This document shows positions 29,718-39,843 of a stretch of 64,000 bases of DNA, piece by piece. The stretch comes from an uncultured Poribacteria bacterium. Its GTDB lineage: Bacteria; Poribacteria; WGA-4E; WGA-3G. How positions within the stretch are numbered: the stretch's first letter is position 1; each line of letters starts with the position of its first letter. The notes under the pieces were generated by a model. It worked only from the letters and a program-made list of their open reading frames with translations, searched no databases and had not been told where the DNA came from. The DNA is taken from contig OX638351.1 in NCBI GenBank assembly GCA_951813565.1, forward strand, positions 4,064,001 through 4,128,000, given 5' to 3'. Position numbers and translations under genes: made by a program.

Positions 29718-31819
29718 TCAGTTTCCATCTCCTCTACCATCCCATCAATTTTACGAAACTGCCAACGCCAGCGTGTATTGTATAGGAACTGCCGTAGGTC
29801 AAATCGGTTGTCATCAGGTGAATATGGTTCAGCATGGTATGCGGGTGTCAGTGTCGTCATCTTGTGTCGATTAATCGCATAGTAGCGGAAAAACCTTTTG
29901 ACCTTTTCTGCTACTTCAGTTGGCGGCAGATGATTCCATTCCTGAACCAGTTTTTCAAACATACTGACGGGACCACACCGATGCACTTTACGCAGCTGAC
30001 CAAAACGGCTTAGTTCGGCGTAAGTCATCCCCATGTCTTCCTCATCGGTTTGGGTATAGGTCTCTGTGATGGGTTCCAATTCTGCAGTCGGTGGTGCGTC
30101 CAAGATTGTGCCGAGACTCGGATAGCCGAGATGTTCTTTTGCCCAGTGAAGAAAACTGCGTAAATCCGTTTTACTAATACTACCAATCGGATTGATGTCG
30201 GCACTACTACAATCATATTTTGTGAGATAACCGCGCAGTGCTTCGTCAACGTTGCCAGTGCCTAATACGAGAAGCGTTCCACGTCTATTTCGAACCCACG
30301 GTAACGTCTGTGCAAAAAGATAACTGATGACCATCCGTAGCCGTGCCTGTATGTTTTGCAGTGCCTGATTTTCTATTGTGCTACCGCCTTCAGTTTTGAA
30401 CTGTGGCGTTTTGCCGGTGATACCGATAAACAGTTTTCGCAAAGTACCTACGAGAGACTCCATGTTGATGTCAAGATGATAACTTCCGATTTCACTTGCT
30501 AACTCTTTGGCGCGGTGCCGCGTTTCACGAGAACTGTTTGCTGTTCCCATATAGCACGTATAGAGCAGTTGATTGGCAAGATACTGCGCAGCGTGCCAAG
30601 GATCACTAAAATCTGTTTTGATTTTTTCAATACAATCTGCACCGAGTAGTCGTTCAGCATCTCTGATAACGTGCGGCATATCTCCGAGAATCCCTTTCGC
30701 AACGAGTTGACACATAGACCCGACCATCGTAGCAACAGCACCGCTATCCGAACCTCCCGAAAGCGGAACGAAAAACCCTGCTGCTTCGGAACGTCTCAGA
30801 TAATCCCACAGCCAACACGCAGGACCCAGAGCTATCTCTTCCTCTGGCGTGTGAATGTTGAGATCACCCTTTGGAACGGTGACAAGACGTTTTTCAGTAT
30901 CTGTGACTTTGAAATCGGCATAAATTTGCGGAATAGCAGTGCCACGACTCGCCTGTACTGCACCACTCATTCTTGAACCGCGATAGGAGCGGACATCCCG
31001 TAAATCCACAGTTGCTGTGACCACTTCGACATCACTGATAGAAAATTGTGACCCTTGCGCGAGAATGTGTCCGTTTTGTGCAATCGTTGCACAACCATCA
31101 AAATAAAGCCTACCACCATCACATCCCTGTTGATTAGCGTATAAGTAAACGCCTCCACACTTTTCAGTTGCATTTCGAATTAGCGACAGACGCGTATCAA
31201 GTTTGCGAAGTTCGTGATGCGAACCTGACCCGTTGGCGATTATCTCAACCCCGTTATATGCAAGGTCAATATGTGGCGAAAGCGGGGCAAACAACTCTTC
31301 ACAGGTTTCTGATGCCAAAACCGTGTCGTGTGTAACAATCACCGCACACCCAATTGGTACAGTTGAATTGGGCGTGATTTCAAGTGCCTCAGGAGGTAAT
31401 TGAAACGGTTCAGTCGTCCACCCTTTCTGCCACGCGGCGAACCAACGCGGTTCACGGTAGTTTCCCTCAGCAGCGAGAACCAATTTCGGACGAATTAGAA
31501 GTATCTTACCATCACACACAAACACACGGCAGTTATAACGCACGCTTTTGTGCATCACAGGCATGCCAATATCGCATAAGATGCCATCCGTATGTCCACC
31601 CATTATGATGCGTGAAAGAGACTCCCAACTGTGCCGTAACGTATCTTCTTCAAGGAAATGGTCTTCGCAAGAATACCCTGTTATCTCAAGTTCGGGACCA
31701 AGTCTATAGCGCGCACCTGCTGCTTTGGCAAGTTCTATTGACTCAATAATACGATCACAATTCCCCTCAAAGTCGAGCGCCCACTGATTCAAGTTGCATG
31801 TTGCAAGTGTTGCTTTCAT
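29714..31819 (-). CDS. nadE: Glutamine-dependent NAD+ synthetase, eukaryote (NADSYN1/QNS1)-like
   Basis: Nitrilase domain with E-K-C triad (GPELE, RPK, ETCEE); [38 protein letters not shown]. Confidence 0.95.
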   Translation of the reverse strand: MKATLATCNLNQWALDFEGNCDRIIESIELAKAAGARYRLGPELEITGYSCEDHFLEEDTLRHSWESLSRIIMGGHTDGILCDIGMPVMHKSVRYNCRVFVCDGKILLIRPKLVLAAEGNYREPRWFAAWQKGWTTEPFQLPPEALEITPNSTVPIGCAVIVTHDTVLASETCEELFAPLSPHIDLAYNGVEIIANGSGSHHELRKLDTRLSLIRNATEKCGGVYLYANQQGCDGGRLYFDGCATIAQNGHILAQGSQFSISDVEVVTATVDLRDVRSYRGSRMSGAVQASRGTAIPQIYADFKVTDTEKRLVTVPKGDLNIHTPEEEIALGPACWLWDYLRRSEAAGFFVPLSGGSDSGAVATMVGSMCQLVAKGILGDMPHVIRDAERLLGADCIEKIKTDFSDPWHAAQYLANQLLYTCYMGTANSSRETRHRAKELASEIGSYHLDINMESLVGTLRKLFIGITGKTPQFKTEGGSTIENQALQNIQARLRMVISYLFAQTLPWVRNRRGTLLVLGTGNVDEALRGYLTKYDCSSADINPIGSISKTDLRSFLHWAKEHLGYPSLGTILDAPPTAELEPITETYTQTDEEDMGMTYAELSRFGQLRKVHRCGPVSMFEKLVQEWNHLPPTEVAEKVKRFFRYYAINRHKMTTLTPAYHAEPYSPDDNRFDLRQFLYNTRWRWQFRKIDGMVEEMETE

Positions 31820-31864
31820 ATTTAGTGTGTGATATGAGTAAAAAGGTGTTATTTGTAAAGACAG

Positions 31865-32040
31865 AAGCACCAGCGGTGCGAAATGTGTATAGGAAACGGT
31901 GTCATACCTTCTTGAGCACCAGCGGTGCGACAGGTGAGCCTTCTGTAAAACAAACTGTTAAGTGATATACCTTTCGCCCCTCTGGGGCTCAGTCCTTTAG
32001 AGGTCTGTTTTTCTATATACCTTCCGCCCCTCTGGGGCTA
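31865..32040. repeat. Doublet short-hairpin repeats (2x AGCACCAGCGGTGCGA, then 2x inverted CGCCCCTCTGGGGCT)
   Basis: About 50-nt periodicity; related arrays at 33527-33635, 43731-43792 and 58539-58765. Confidence 0.7.
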
Positions 32041-32128
32041 TACGCATCTACAAAACAGATTCATCTTCTTATGTTAACACTATAGAATAATGAAAAACAA
32101 CTTTATAATTTATAGGTGTTTCAGTTCT

Positions 32129-33442
32129 TCAGGTTTTCTGCGGTTTTTTGCGCGCGGCAGGAAACAAAATATTATTTAGTATCAACCGATAACCGGGTGA
32201 ATGTTTATGGAGGTCTAAATTCGTAGGTATCTTCCCTTCTCCAACGAGGTGGCGGTAATCCTCTGGATCATGTCCACCGAGAAAAGTAAAAGTTCCTTTT
32301 CCTAAAGTGCCGTGGACGTATTTAGCATAATTTGTGCCTTCAATTTTACCTAAAATTGTAACCGATTTGTGGATCCTGTCTAAATTAAAAGATGTTGTCT
32401 GCCCAAGAAAACCGCGCACTTCTGAAACGTGGTTTTGCGTGAGCATTGTCGGAATAGGATCATGTTTTGCAGAAAATTCAAACAGTTGGAAATCCTCTAC
32501 GCCGGTATGCGGACTCCGATCAGGATTTGGATTATCAACATCGGAAAATTCATAACGATTCGGATTGGGGTAGAGCGTGAATTTTTCAAATGCGAACGTT
32601 CGCTCAAAGTCCAATTGTTTTTGGAAATCAGGCGCGAGCGGTGTCGTGTCTAAAACAGGATCAACAATATCAAGAATCCCACCCTTTGTTGCTAACGCAA
32701 TGTCCAGAGTTTCAGGTGCAGAACACATGGCAAAGATAAATCCACCTTTTGCTACATAATCAGCAATATCCAGTGCCGTTTGCCCCTTGTGCCGAGAAAC
32801 ACGCTTAAATCCTGCTTCTTTTGCTGCTGTCTCAAAGAGTGCTGTCCGTTGTTGATACCACACTTGGTGTGAAAAGGAACCATGGAATTTTCCGTGCTGT
32901 CCGGTAAAATCTTCGTGATGTAGGTGCAACCAATCGTAACCTTCTGTGTGCAATGCACCGCGCTGCACCTCTTTGTCCCAAATTTGGTCGTAAGGGATTT
33001 CGGCATAATCCAATGCGATTTTCACCGCATCGTCCCACGGGTCGCGATATGGGGATGCTTCTGGTGGTGCGTACACAGCGATTTTAGGGGCTTTCTCTAA
33101 CAGAATCTCATCCATATTACTGGTTTCAATGATGGTCTCTTTGATTGTCCGATATTCAACGTCGCTCATCTGTTCAAAAGTGACACCCATCTGTGCAGCA
33201 CGCACTCGGACATCGGGAACATCGGGAATTACAAACGATCCGCCACGATAATTCAGCCACCAGAAACATTGGTATTCACGCGGCACCTCTAATGCCCAAT
33301 ATGTTAGTCCGTAAGCTTTAAGATGGTTTGTCTGTTTCTGCTCCATCGGCACGAGTAAATACTGTGCTGAGGCGGTAGATAGAAGCATTGTAAGGCAGAC
33401 TATAATTAGTAAAGAAAGGGTGAACTTGTTTGGTTTATACAT
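32129..33442 (-). CDS. Conserved secreted protein of the FCB family often auto-annotated as asparagine synthetase B
   Basis: LVPM..Q.NHLKAYG, PWDDAV, DWLHLHHEDFTGQ, GGHDPEDY and SPGYRLILNNILFPAA motifs; signal peptide. Confidence 0.75.
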   Translation of the reverse strand: MYKPNKFTLSLLIIVCLTMLLSTASAQYLLVPMEQKQTNHLKAYGLTYWALEVPREYQCFWWLNYRGGSFVIPDVPDVRVRAAQMGVTFEQMSDVEYRTIKETIIETSNMDEILLEKAPKIAVYAPPEASPYRDPWDDAVKIALDYAEIPYDQIWDKEVQRGALHTEGYDWLHLHHEDFTGQHGKFHGSFSHQVWYQQRTALFETAAKEAGFKRVSRHKGQTALDIADYVAKGGFIFAMCSAPETLDIALATKGGILDIVDPVLDTTPLAPDFQKQLDFERTFAFEKFTLYPNPNRYEFSDVDNPNPDRSPHTGVEDFQLFEFSAKHDPIPTMLTQNHVSEVRGFLGQTTSFNLDRIHKSVTILGKIEGTNYAKYVHGTLGKGTFTFLGGHDPEDYRHLVGEGKIPTNLDLHKHSPGYRLILNNILFPAARKKPQKT

Positions 33443-33789
33443 AGTGCGTTCCTATTTTTAACATGAGTTCGTCTTTAAGAATTTCGGAGGTGCCCGACGC
33501 GATTCATTTTGATAACAGATCATTTTCCGCACTCCAGCGGAGTGCTATGTCTATAGAAAACGTGATACCCAAATTATAGCATTCCAGCGGAGTGCTATGT
33601 GTGATGGATTCGCATACCGCTCCGCTGGAGCGGAGGAAAGAACTGACTCTTTTCTATTTTCTAAGTTAACATTGCGAGGCACCAAATCAAGAAATCAACG
33701 GTATGAACGACATTTAGTCATTCACCGGGTCCGAATGCCTCTTTGGCATTCCCCGGAGACCTCGCGCTACAAATCGGGTTAATTTGATA

Positions 33790-36675
33790 TTACTCAACCG
33801 AAACCGCAATGGGTTGATACCCAAATACCGCTTTTCCATTACTCATCAGTGGCGATTCACTGCCAGGGTTAGTAATATCAACAGTCCAGAGTTGTCCGTT
33901 GTTTTCGTAAATTATCCAATTTCCGCTGGGTGGCACCCAAACAGGACGGCTACCTCCCATTGCAGTTATCTGTTGTTCTATTGGTCTGCCGTTAGCGTTG
34001 AAGGTGACGACCCAAATTTGACGGGGATTGCCATTGAACCCGCGTGAAAAAGCGAGCGTTCTTTGGTCATCAGGATGCCATGCTGGTTCCGCGTCATCCG
34101 CAGGCGAAATCACAATCGGTTCAACGCTATTTTTTATATTGTCGAAAGCGTAAATATTACGGTTTAGACCAGCCTTAGGGTTTTCAATTGTTCCCGCAGC
34201 GGCATAAGCAAGCAATTGCCCATCTTTGCGCCATGCCGGATTAGACATTTCAAGTGCTGTTGAAGGAATTCGGAAGATTTTCTCGGTTCGGAGATGCTGA
34301 ATTACAACCCGTTTTCGTCCAATTGTTTCGGTATGTGCATACGCAATATATTCACCATCTGGAGAAATGGTAACATCTTCTGCCATTTGTCGATTATCAA
34401 GTAGAACCATGCTTTTGCCAGTAACAATATCTCTTATGATGACATTGTCGTCAAAATCATGGTAAACAAGCGTTCCAATATCTGATGCGGAGGGACGAAA
34501 CCCAGCACCGAGCGGGGCAACACGTGTGTCTACTGTAACGGCGGCCGCATCTTTCGTTGGGGTGCCAATTACCCGGTCAGCTGCAGGGGCAATACGCCAT
34601 AAAACACCTTCATGACTATAATAGATAAACGCCGACTCTGCAGCAAGTGAAAAACCGTCTATATTGACATCTACAGCTGTCCTCGCGTTAGGTTTCTTTT
34701 CACTATCTTGAGGGGTTTCTGTTTCTTTAGAAATATTTTGTGTGTTCGGTTGGAATTCCTTCTTGTCCTTGAGTTTCCATCCAGCACCATCTGCTTCAAA
34801 GTTAAACGCTAAACCTTTTGTCCAATACATCCATTCTTCAATCATTTTTCCATTCTCGGTATATTTGAAAATGTCTTCTGGTTCCCCATACATGCGTGCG
34901 ATGTTCCATTGTCCGCCATCTGAAAGTTCAGCCATTGTGCCTTTCTCATCAACATAGGACGCTAAAATGTCAATGTCTACATGAGGTGTTGTTTTACTGG
35001 GGAAGACGGTGAGCGCAGCTGGCATGCCGCGCACTGGTTGATGGGTGCCGTAAATCCCGATTCCGTCCGATGTGCCTGAACGTCCGTCTCTGTTTTGGTC
35101 AACAACTGCCATAATATAATATGTTCCGGGTTTGACATCAACGAGAAATCTACCATTATCGTCAAGAAATAGCGGCATCCACATCGGTGCACTGAAGTCT
35201 GGTGTAGTAGAAAGGCTTAAAAGACCGTCCGGGGCACGGTCTTGATTCTCCGAAGTTGGGTTTTCAGTGACTTTTTCTACGGTGTGAGAAGAGAAAAATG
35301 AGGTAATTTTTCCGGTGATACTACCCATCGGTTCTTCTGGAGATGCACTTGTGGGAGTACCGAGTGCTAAATTCCCAGTGAGTAGGTTGTTCTCTATAGC
35401 AACAAGTTGTCCTTCTGCATCATAACGTGCACTCATCTGAATATTAACAGCACGCGTTTCACCCACATCAAAAACTACCGCAGCTGGCGGGGTCGTAGCT
35501 ATGGAGTCAGTGCCTAAACCTCCCAATCTATCACCTTCACTATACCTACCGTCTCCATCCATGTCATGATTTGCAATGATGTAATACTCCCCAGGTGGTA
35601 GTTGAAAGCGAAACTTCCCTTCTGAATCTGTTGTGGCGCTTGCGATGGGATTCACTAAAGCGGATGTCGGATAAACTTCAACACGGACTTCTGTTTCCGT
35701 TTGGGGCGTTGGGGTTATACGACCAGAAATAATTGCGGTGTTTTTTTGATTTTCCGTTTGATGAGTCGCCGTGTAAGTGGCAGTAATCTGTATCTCCAAA
35801 TTTTCAGTAAATGTATTAGGCTTAATCAGTATTGGCTGTGGAAAGGCACCGCGTTTATATATATTTGTGACACCGTAAAATCCGAAGGTGTCTCCAGCAT
35901 CAAGTTTATTGCTGTTATTTTTGTCAACTATTGCCATCAGATAGTATTTACCGGGTTTCAATCTCAGTTCCCACTGTCCAGTCTTGGCATCAACAATAGC
36001 GATCCCTGCACGGTATTTCCAAGACGTATCTGTATATGCAAGAATAAGTCTTTTGTCTTTTGCAATACCGGTCTCTTTTGTATCTTTTAGAATCCCTCTA
36101 CATCCTGATGCTGCTCGGGTCAACTCAGCTTTAAATTGTTGGTATTCACTTGGTTGGTATACGTTTGCAGGCACAAGTTTCAGCTCGTCACCAACATTCT
36201 GAAGCCTGGCAGTTATTGGAATCTGTATACCTTTCAATGCAGCGTTTGCGCCTATATCAACCACTTGATGTTTTTGCGTTTCATTTTGCCAATCCTTAAT
36301 TCCTAAGACACCGTAACCATCACCCTCGTCAAATTTTCCAGAACTATCAACATCGACGTAAGCAACTAAATAATACCTACCCGGTTCCACACGTAGTTCG
36401 AATGCCCCTGTCCCTGAACGAGATAATCCACTGGTATAAAGGTCTTTGAGTTTTTCATCGCGGTACACTGATACGTTTGTTTGTGACAGGTCTTGTCCTG
36501 TCCAAATAACCATTCCAGACAGTTTGGCAGTAAAGTGGTTAGATGAAGATTGGGTGTTAGCTACATTCGGTGGCAATGTTTGGTTTGGCGATTGTTGTGC
36601 ATAGAGCATCAGATTACCGATGAATCCTATACTCATAACAAGTGCTAAATATATCAATCGTTTCATGAGTGCCAT
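33790..36675 (-). CDS. Secreted multidomain protein: four Ig-like repeats with DxDxxG Ca-binding loops plus a TolB-like beta-propeller
   Basis: Repeated PGxYYxxAxxDxxxxGxxxxGD; C-terminal SPDG, NPAW, EPAW and RPVW blades. Confidence 0.7.
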   Translation of the reverse strand: MALMKRLIYLALVMSIGFIGNLMLYAQQSPNQTLPPNVANTQSSSNHFTAKLSGMVIWTGQDLSQTNVSVYRDEKLKDLYTSGLSRSGTGAFELRVEPGRYYLVAYVDVDSSGKFDEGDGYGVLGIKDWQNETQKHQVVDIGANAALKGIQIPITARLQNVGDELKLVPANVYQPSEYQQFKAELTRAASGCRGILKDTKETGIAKDKRLILAYTDTSWKYRAGIAIVDAKTGQWELRLKPGKYYLMAIVDKNNSNKLDAGDTFGFYGVTNIYKRGAFPQPILIKPNTFTENLEIQITATYTATHQTENQKNTAIISGRITPTPQTETEVRVEVYPTSALVNPIASATTDSEGKFRFQLPPGEYYIIANHDMDGDGRYSEGDRLGGLGTDSIATTPPAAVVFDVGETRAVNIQMSARYDAEGQLVAIENNLLTGNLALGTPTSASPEEPMGSITGKITSFFSSHTVEKVTENPTSENQDRAPDGLLSLSTTPDFSAPMWMPLFLDDNGRFLVDVKPGTYYIMAVVDQNRDGRSGTSDGIGIYGTHQPVRGMPAALTVFPSKTTPHVDIDILASYVDEKGTMAELSDGGQWNIARMYGEPEDIFKYTENGKMIEEWMYWTKGLAFNFEADGAGWKLKDKKEFQPNTQNISKETETPQDSEKKPNARTAVDVNIDGFSLAAESAFIYYSHEGVLWRIAPAADRVIGTPTKDAAAVTVDTRVAPLGAGFRPSASDIGTLVYHDFDDNVIIRDIVTGKSMVLLDNRQMAEDVTISPDGEYIAYAHTETIGRKRVVIQHLRTEKIFRIPSTALEMSNPAWRKDGQLLAYAAAGTIENPKAGLNRNIYAFDNIKNSVEPIVISPADDAEPAWHPDDQRTLAFSRGFNGNPRQIWVVTFNANGRPIEQQITAMGGSRPVWVPPSGNWIIYENNGQLWTVDITNPGSESPLMSNGKAVFGYQPIAVSVE

Positions 36676-36910
36676 GTCTCCATTTTGAGCAGGTTTACTT
36701 GTAGTGTTATTCTTTAATCTATTGCTTGCATGTTATCACATCTTTGAACAATTTTCAAGGAGATCATGAAGATGGGTGTGCAAAGTTTTTGCCATTAACC
36801 ACGTCCTTCTCTTGTGGAAGGGCTTTGTCCGCCCGATTTATTACCCAAAGGTAGCGCGTTTTGTCCACGCGCCGTTTACAGCATCTGAGGTCAGGACTCG
36901 GCGCGTTTAC

Positions 36911-37188
36911 ATGAAGATTAAGAAAATATTTCGGTAATTTTCTAACGATAGACATCTTGTTTTATGTTTTTCTTGTATGAGGTGCATTATCTGGTTGTCT
37001 GAATCGCGGAAGGCACAGAGAACACAGAGGACGCGGAAAATGCTTTTGTGTCTGCTACATTTCCTTTCGCAAGAGACGGGTCGGTAACAAAGAAACTCTT
37101 AATTCCGCGTCCTCTGCGTTCTCCGCGATAATCCGTGATTCAGACAGAAAAGAGATCAGAAGGACCGAATTAATAAATTAATCTTCAT
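36911..37188. mobile_element. MITE-like element with ATGAAGATTAA inverted ends, inserted in the loop of a GGCGCGTTT/AAACGCGCC hairpin
   Basis: 11-bp perfect IR; contains an inner long IR at 36996-37146. Confidence 0.6.
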
Positions 37189-37439
37189 CAAAACGCGCCT
37201 GCCAGGTGTGGCGAACCGCTAAATTGACAGTTATGGGTTTCCCTTGCGACACCCGCCATTGCTGATGTATTCAAACAACGGGCGGGTGTCGCAAGGGAAA
37301 CCCGACCTACAATGCTGGTTCAGACAGTGAACAATTCAGACAAATATTTACACACGCAAATCCAAGTGATAGAAATCTATGAATATGGTATCATGTTTTA
37401 ATTGATGTTACTATTACCACATTACAAGGACAAACATAA

Positions 37440-38219
37440 ATGATTCGTGTTTCACATCTCACAAAAGAATATGGAGAAAAGAAAGCAGTAGACAAAATCA
37501 GTTTTGAAGCCGCAAAAGGTGAAATTGTTGGATATCTTGGTCCGAACGGCGCAGGAAAAAGCACTACCCTAAAAATGTTAGTGGGATTGCTTCAACCGAC
37601 ATCTGGTGAAATATCTGTTGCGGGTTATAGTGCAGAAACGGAGCTGCTGGAATTAAAACAGCGGGTTGGATATGTACCTGAGGAGGCGCAGCTATATGAA
37701 CACCTCACCTTAGTGGAACACCTGCAGTTGATGGGCAGACTCTATCATTTAGAGGAAGAACTGATAGCGCAAAAAATTGTAGAGCTTGCAAAGTTGTTTG
37801 ACATGGAAGCACAAGCAAACCAACGAATAAGCAGTTTTTCGCAAGGCATGCGTCAGAAATGCCTCATCATGGCAGCACTGTTGCATAATCCAGATGTCCT
37901 GTTTTTAGATGAACCTTTTACTAATCTGGATGTTACAACCGTAACATTTTTGAAATCATTACTGCAACGTTTAGCGGAATTGGGTAAAACCATTCTCTAC
38001 TGTACACATATTCTTGAAGTGGCAGAAACGCTCTGCCCACGAATTATGATTATCAATGAGGGAAAACTTATCGCCGATGCACCGGTAGCAGCGTTACGGC
38101 AGCAGACGAATCAGACAGCACTCAATGAAATTTTTGTACAACTGACTGAAACGACAGGACTTGATGAAAAAACTGATGAAGCTGTCCGAATTGTGACGGG
38201 GGCAGCCCCTAATGCTTGA
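37440..38219 (+). CDS. ABC-2 type exporter ATP-binding protein
   Basis: GPNGAGKS, FSQGMRQK and LFLDEP motifs. Confidence 0.92.
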   Translation: MIRVSHLTKEYGEKKAVDKISFEAAKGEIVGYLGPNGAGKSTTLKMLVGLLQPTSGEISVAGYSAETELLELKQRVGYVPEEAQLYEHLTLVEHLQLMGRLYHLEEELIAQKIVELAKLFDMEAQANQRISSFSQGMRQKCLIMAALLHNPDVLFLDEPFTNLDVTTVTFLKSLLQRLAELGKTILYCTHILEVAETLCPRIMIINEGKLIADAPVAALRQQTNQTALNEIFVQLTETTGLDEKTDEAVRIVTGAAPNA

Positions 38220-39843
38220 AAGAATCGCTGCAAAGTTTGGTGCATGCCCTATTCAATATAAGCTGCTACTGCAAACGGAGAAGACAGTAGAGGAACGAGC
38301 ACTTGAGGGAAAACAGGGAACGGCAAAACTCTCACTCGCTGTGACCTGTGCTTTCTGTTTTTTAGCAAGCATCTTTTCAGCGTTGCCGGTGTTCTTTGGC
38401 ATGGACGTGTTCACCTACGCACTCATTGGTGTCACGATGTCTATGTTCATCGTAGGGATGTGGACTCTCCCTTACTTTGACCTTCTCCTTAGTCCTATAA
38501 ACTATCCTGTTGTCGCACATACGCCCATGTCATCACGCACCTATTTTCTTGTAAAGTTAACACAGATTCTCAAGTATGCTGTCTTGTTGTTAATTTGTCT
38601 GAATATCTTTCCATCAATTTGCGGTCCCTTCATCCGTGGAGATAACACCACTATTCTACGCTACTTTTTCCCTATCTTTTATATACCTATTGCCTTTATG
38701 GCAGGATTTTTCACGATTGGGGTGATGACCGCATTCGCCGGGTATTTGACCAAACTCTATTCTGTAAAGAGACTCCGAAAAATATCTAAATCCGCTCAGT
38801 TTATATTGCCGCTTCTTTTTCCTGCATTCTTTTTTCTCATACCAACCGATTTAGTAGCAGACAATTATAAATCGGTTCTAAAGTGGCTATATGTGCTTCC
38901 AAACGGTTGGTTTGCTGGAGCAGTATCACTTGCCACCAGTACGATTGACCGTCCTGAGTTTACCCGTGATGTGATTTTAGCTGGAATAGCAATTTTTTCA
39001 ACGCTTCTACTGGTCTTAATTCCGCTCCGAAGTATAGCAAAGACTTATGCAAAGTATCTCTCCTTTCTGATGGAATCTGGCAGTAGGCAGAAGGACAAAC
39101 TACGGATAAAACAATCTTTCCTCGCGCGATTTTTCCGATCACGTGATGTCTACGCAGGTTTTTGTCTCAGTGCATCCTACATGCGACGTGATAGACACAT
39201 TCTAAATCAACTCGCTTCTGGAGCGGTTGTAAGTGTCATGATGATTGCAATGTTCTTTGTTCGGAAAATATATCCTATAGAATACATTGCGTATCACTAC
39301 ACTATCGGTCTTAGTCCAGGGTTAACTGGTCTCTCCGTCTTTCTTGGGGTGGTTTTAGTCTTCGGTTTTCTCAGTTCTGTCGGGTATTCGGAGCATTGGA
39401 AAGCCTCGTGGATGCTATCTCTTGTCCCACTTCGGAAGCCGTATGACTTATGGCGTGGCGTTGAAGCAGCTACCTTTATCTATATTGTCTTTCCTTACAC
39501 ACTCCTGTTTTTTATAGTTGCTACAGTTTTCTGGGGTGTTATGGGCATATTTTTTATCTTGCCGGGACTCCTCGTTGTGCTATTTTCAGTCATCACTTAC
39601 CCAAAACCGGAATCCGGGATACCTCTTTCCAAAGAAGCAGTTGAAATAGATAGAATGGCAGGGTGTCTTGCTTATGGTATAAGTATGATTATAGCAGGTG
39701 TTTTAGTCGGTGTTCAATTTTTAGCTGCTTTCATTCATGTGTGGGTGTATATTGCAGTCTATTGCGTGATAGTAATTGGTGGACTTATCGGTTTTATCAA
39801 ATTTTACAAAAAAGAATCAATGAAGGAAACCTCTGATGCTTGA
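38212..39843 (+). CDS. ABC-2 exporter permease-like membrane protein (paralogue 1)
   Basis: Many TM segments; overlaps the ATPase stop; similar along its length to the next ORF. Confidence 0.75.
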   Translation: MLERIAAKFGACPIQYKLLLQTEKTVEERALEGKQGTAKLSLAVTCAFCFLASIFSALPVFFGMDVFTYALIGVTMSMFIVGMWTLPYFDLLLSPINYPVVAHTPMSSRTYFLVKLTQILKYAVLLLICLNIFPSICGPFIRGDNTTILRYFFPIFYIPIAFMAGFFTIGVMTAFAGYLTKLYSVKRLRKISKSAQFILPLLFPAFFFLIPTDLVADNYKSVLKWLYVLPNGWFAGAVSLATSTIDRPEFTRDVILAGIAIFSTLLLVLIPLRSIAKTYAKYLSFLMESGSRQKDKLRIKQSFLARFFRSRDVYAGFCLSASYMRRDRHILNQLASGAVVSVMMIAMFFVRKIYPIEYIAYHYTIGLSPGLTGLSVFLGVVLVFGFLSSVGYSEHWKASWMLSLVPLRKPYDLWRGVEAATFIYIVFPYTLLFFIVATVFWGVMGIFFILPGLLVVLFSVITYPKPESGIPLSKEAVEIDRMAGCLAYGISMIIAGVLVGVQFLAAFIHVWVYIAVYCVIVIGGLIGFIKFYKKESMKETSDA

